Position numbers and translations under genes: made by a program. From Mytilus californianus (taxonomy: Eukaryota), in contig NW_026262701.1 of assembly GCF_021869535.1 (NCBI RefSeq), positions 113,832,001 through 113,896,000 on the forward strand: a stretch of DNA of 64,000 nt. The letters are read 5' to 3'. A model generated the notes under the pieces. That model was not told the DNA's origin, did no database searches, and was given only the letters and a program-made list of their open reading frames with translations. The first letter of the stretch is position 1. Each line of letters starts with the position of its first letter. This document shows, piece after piece, positions 62,914-64,000 of this stretch.

Positions 62914-63010
62914 CTGAACATGACCTTCGACAATGTTTAATGTGATTGGAATGCACATTCCTTCAGGAGTTTCTAGTGTTTTTCCACCATCTTGGTTTAT
63001 ATGTGGATTT
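62914..63010 (-). CDS. Candidate internal exon (NPHINQDGGKTLETPEGMCIPITLNIVEGHVQ)
   Basis: Strong donor CAG|GTAAGT, possible acceptor TTATAAG|A, and an open 32-codon frame. No partner exon identified. Confidence 0.35.
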
Positions 63011-63104
63011 CTTATAATTTATTACACAATATTTTTCCCATTAATTGAATTATTCACACATATATTATTAAATGATACAGTTAACAAAGTTTTTTGATAG
63101 ATCC

Positions 63105-63320
63105 ATTGATTTTTGGTGTTTAACCCCACATTCAGCACTATTGGCTATTTCGTGGCGACCAGTTTTTATTGGTTGAGAATGCCAGAGTGCCAATATAGAA
63201 CTACCAATCATCAATAGGAAAACTTGACAATCCTAGTCAGTTAAGATTGGAGTCCAACACTTTGGCATGTGCAGGGTTAGAAACTTAAAACCTCAGTGTT
63301 GACAGGCTAATGATACAGCA
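63105..63320 (-). mobile_element. Decayed copy of the tRNA-derived SINE seen at 1861-2135
   Basis: Shares CAGTTTTTATTGG, GACAATCCTAGTCA.TTAAGATT.GAGTC and AACCTC..TGTTGACAGG with the first copy. Confidence 0.75.
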
Positions 63321-64000
63321 GATGAACTTCTTGGACTTCTTTGTTGCATTTCAGTGGCAGCTGCTACATGTAACCTTCATAAAATATTTATTACTGAACC
63401 AATTTTCAAAACTAGCAGGCCAATTTGCTCGTTTTAGCTAGCAGAACACAGAAATCCTTTTAAAGTGGAAATTGAAAAAAAAAAAGTTTAACCTTAAGGT
63501 AGCAATACACAGTCATGACAGTTAGAAGTGTAGTTTCACATTTTGGCCTTGGTGAATTATTTAAATATGAAAGTTTTTGTTCAATAAAATTGACTTTTAG
63601 ATGGTTGAAGAATAATATAGCCTTCCAAGTGGGTTTATATGAACCTCTAGATTGTTTTTAGCATGTATTATAGGCAACTTTTCTGTTTAACAGTCCGTAT
63701 TTACACATCCATACCGCCCCTAGGTCCAGAAATTATTGTAGTGTTTATCAACAAAGATTTGACCCTCGATCTTTTCAATTCAATTTTATGGAAAAACGAG
63801 CAGAAATACATATGATTTTTTTGGACCTCTTGATAGATAAATGTCTATAGTTTTAGGAAAGGTATCACTCTAATGGATTGAAATTGTCCTTTGGACCAAA
63901 TTTTGGAGACTTTTGTGACATTTTCACCCCCCTTTTTGCAATATTTTGTATCAAATAAATGCAGATTGTTGCCATGGTTACACCAAAAAGAGATTATATT

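Overview
AT-rich, intron-containing animal genomic DNA. The repeat families look like those of a bivalve mollusc such as Mytilus; this is inference, not a database result. There are no prokaryotic genes, CRISPR arrays or rRNA. I assembled three multi-exon minus-strand genes by hand from GT-AG sites and phase continuity. (1) An MS4A/CD20-like tetraspan protein (21824->9649, ~349 aa) with a long charged tail. (2) A type I receptor, signal peptide-Ig-Ig-Ig-FN3-TM-cytoplasmic tail (37474->~30745 or 26424). (3) An unrecognised secreted protein (~206 aa, 52062->47582) with two C-x20-C modules. A probable first exon of a plus-strand gene starts at 61655. The centrepiece is a full-length CR1-group LINE with both ORFs intact (13605-20162, minus). 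It sits inside a small non-autonomous element within an intron of the MS4A-like gene. It has an L1-type ORF1, a 1.5-kb inter-ORF spacer, and an ORF2 whose hydrophobic leader ends in a 2A-like motif (GNIETNPGP). A 21-nt inverted repeat brackets ORF2 and could pair the region just upstream of its AUG with the 3' UTR. A decayed relative of this LINE (53090-59760) is split by a TIR element and has produced a 45-bp minisatellite. A 6.7-kb 35-bp satellite with a 1890-bp higher-order duplication, several minisatellites, SINEs, HINE-like elements, TTAA MITEs and foldback hairpins fill the rest. There is one N gap (57741-58084).
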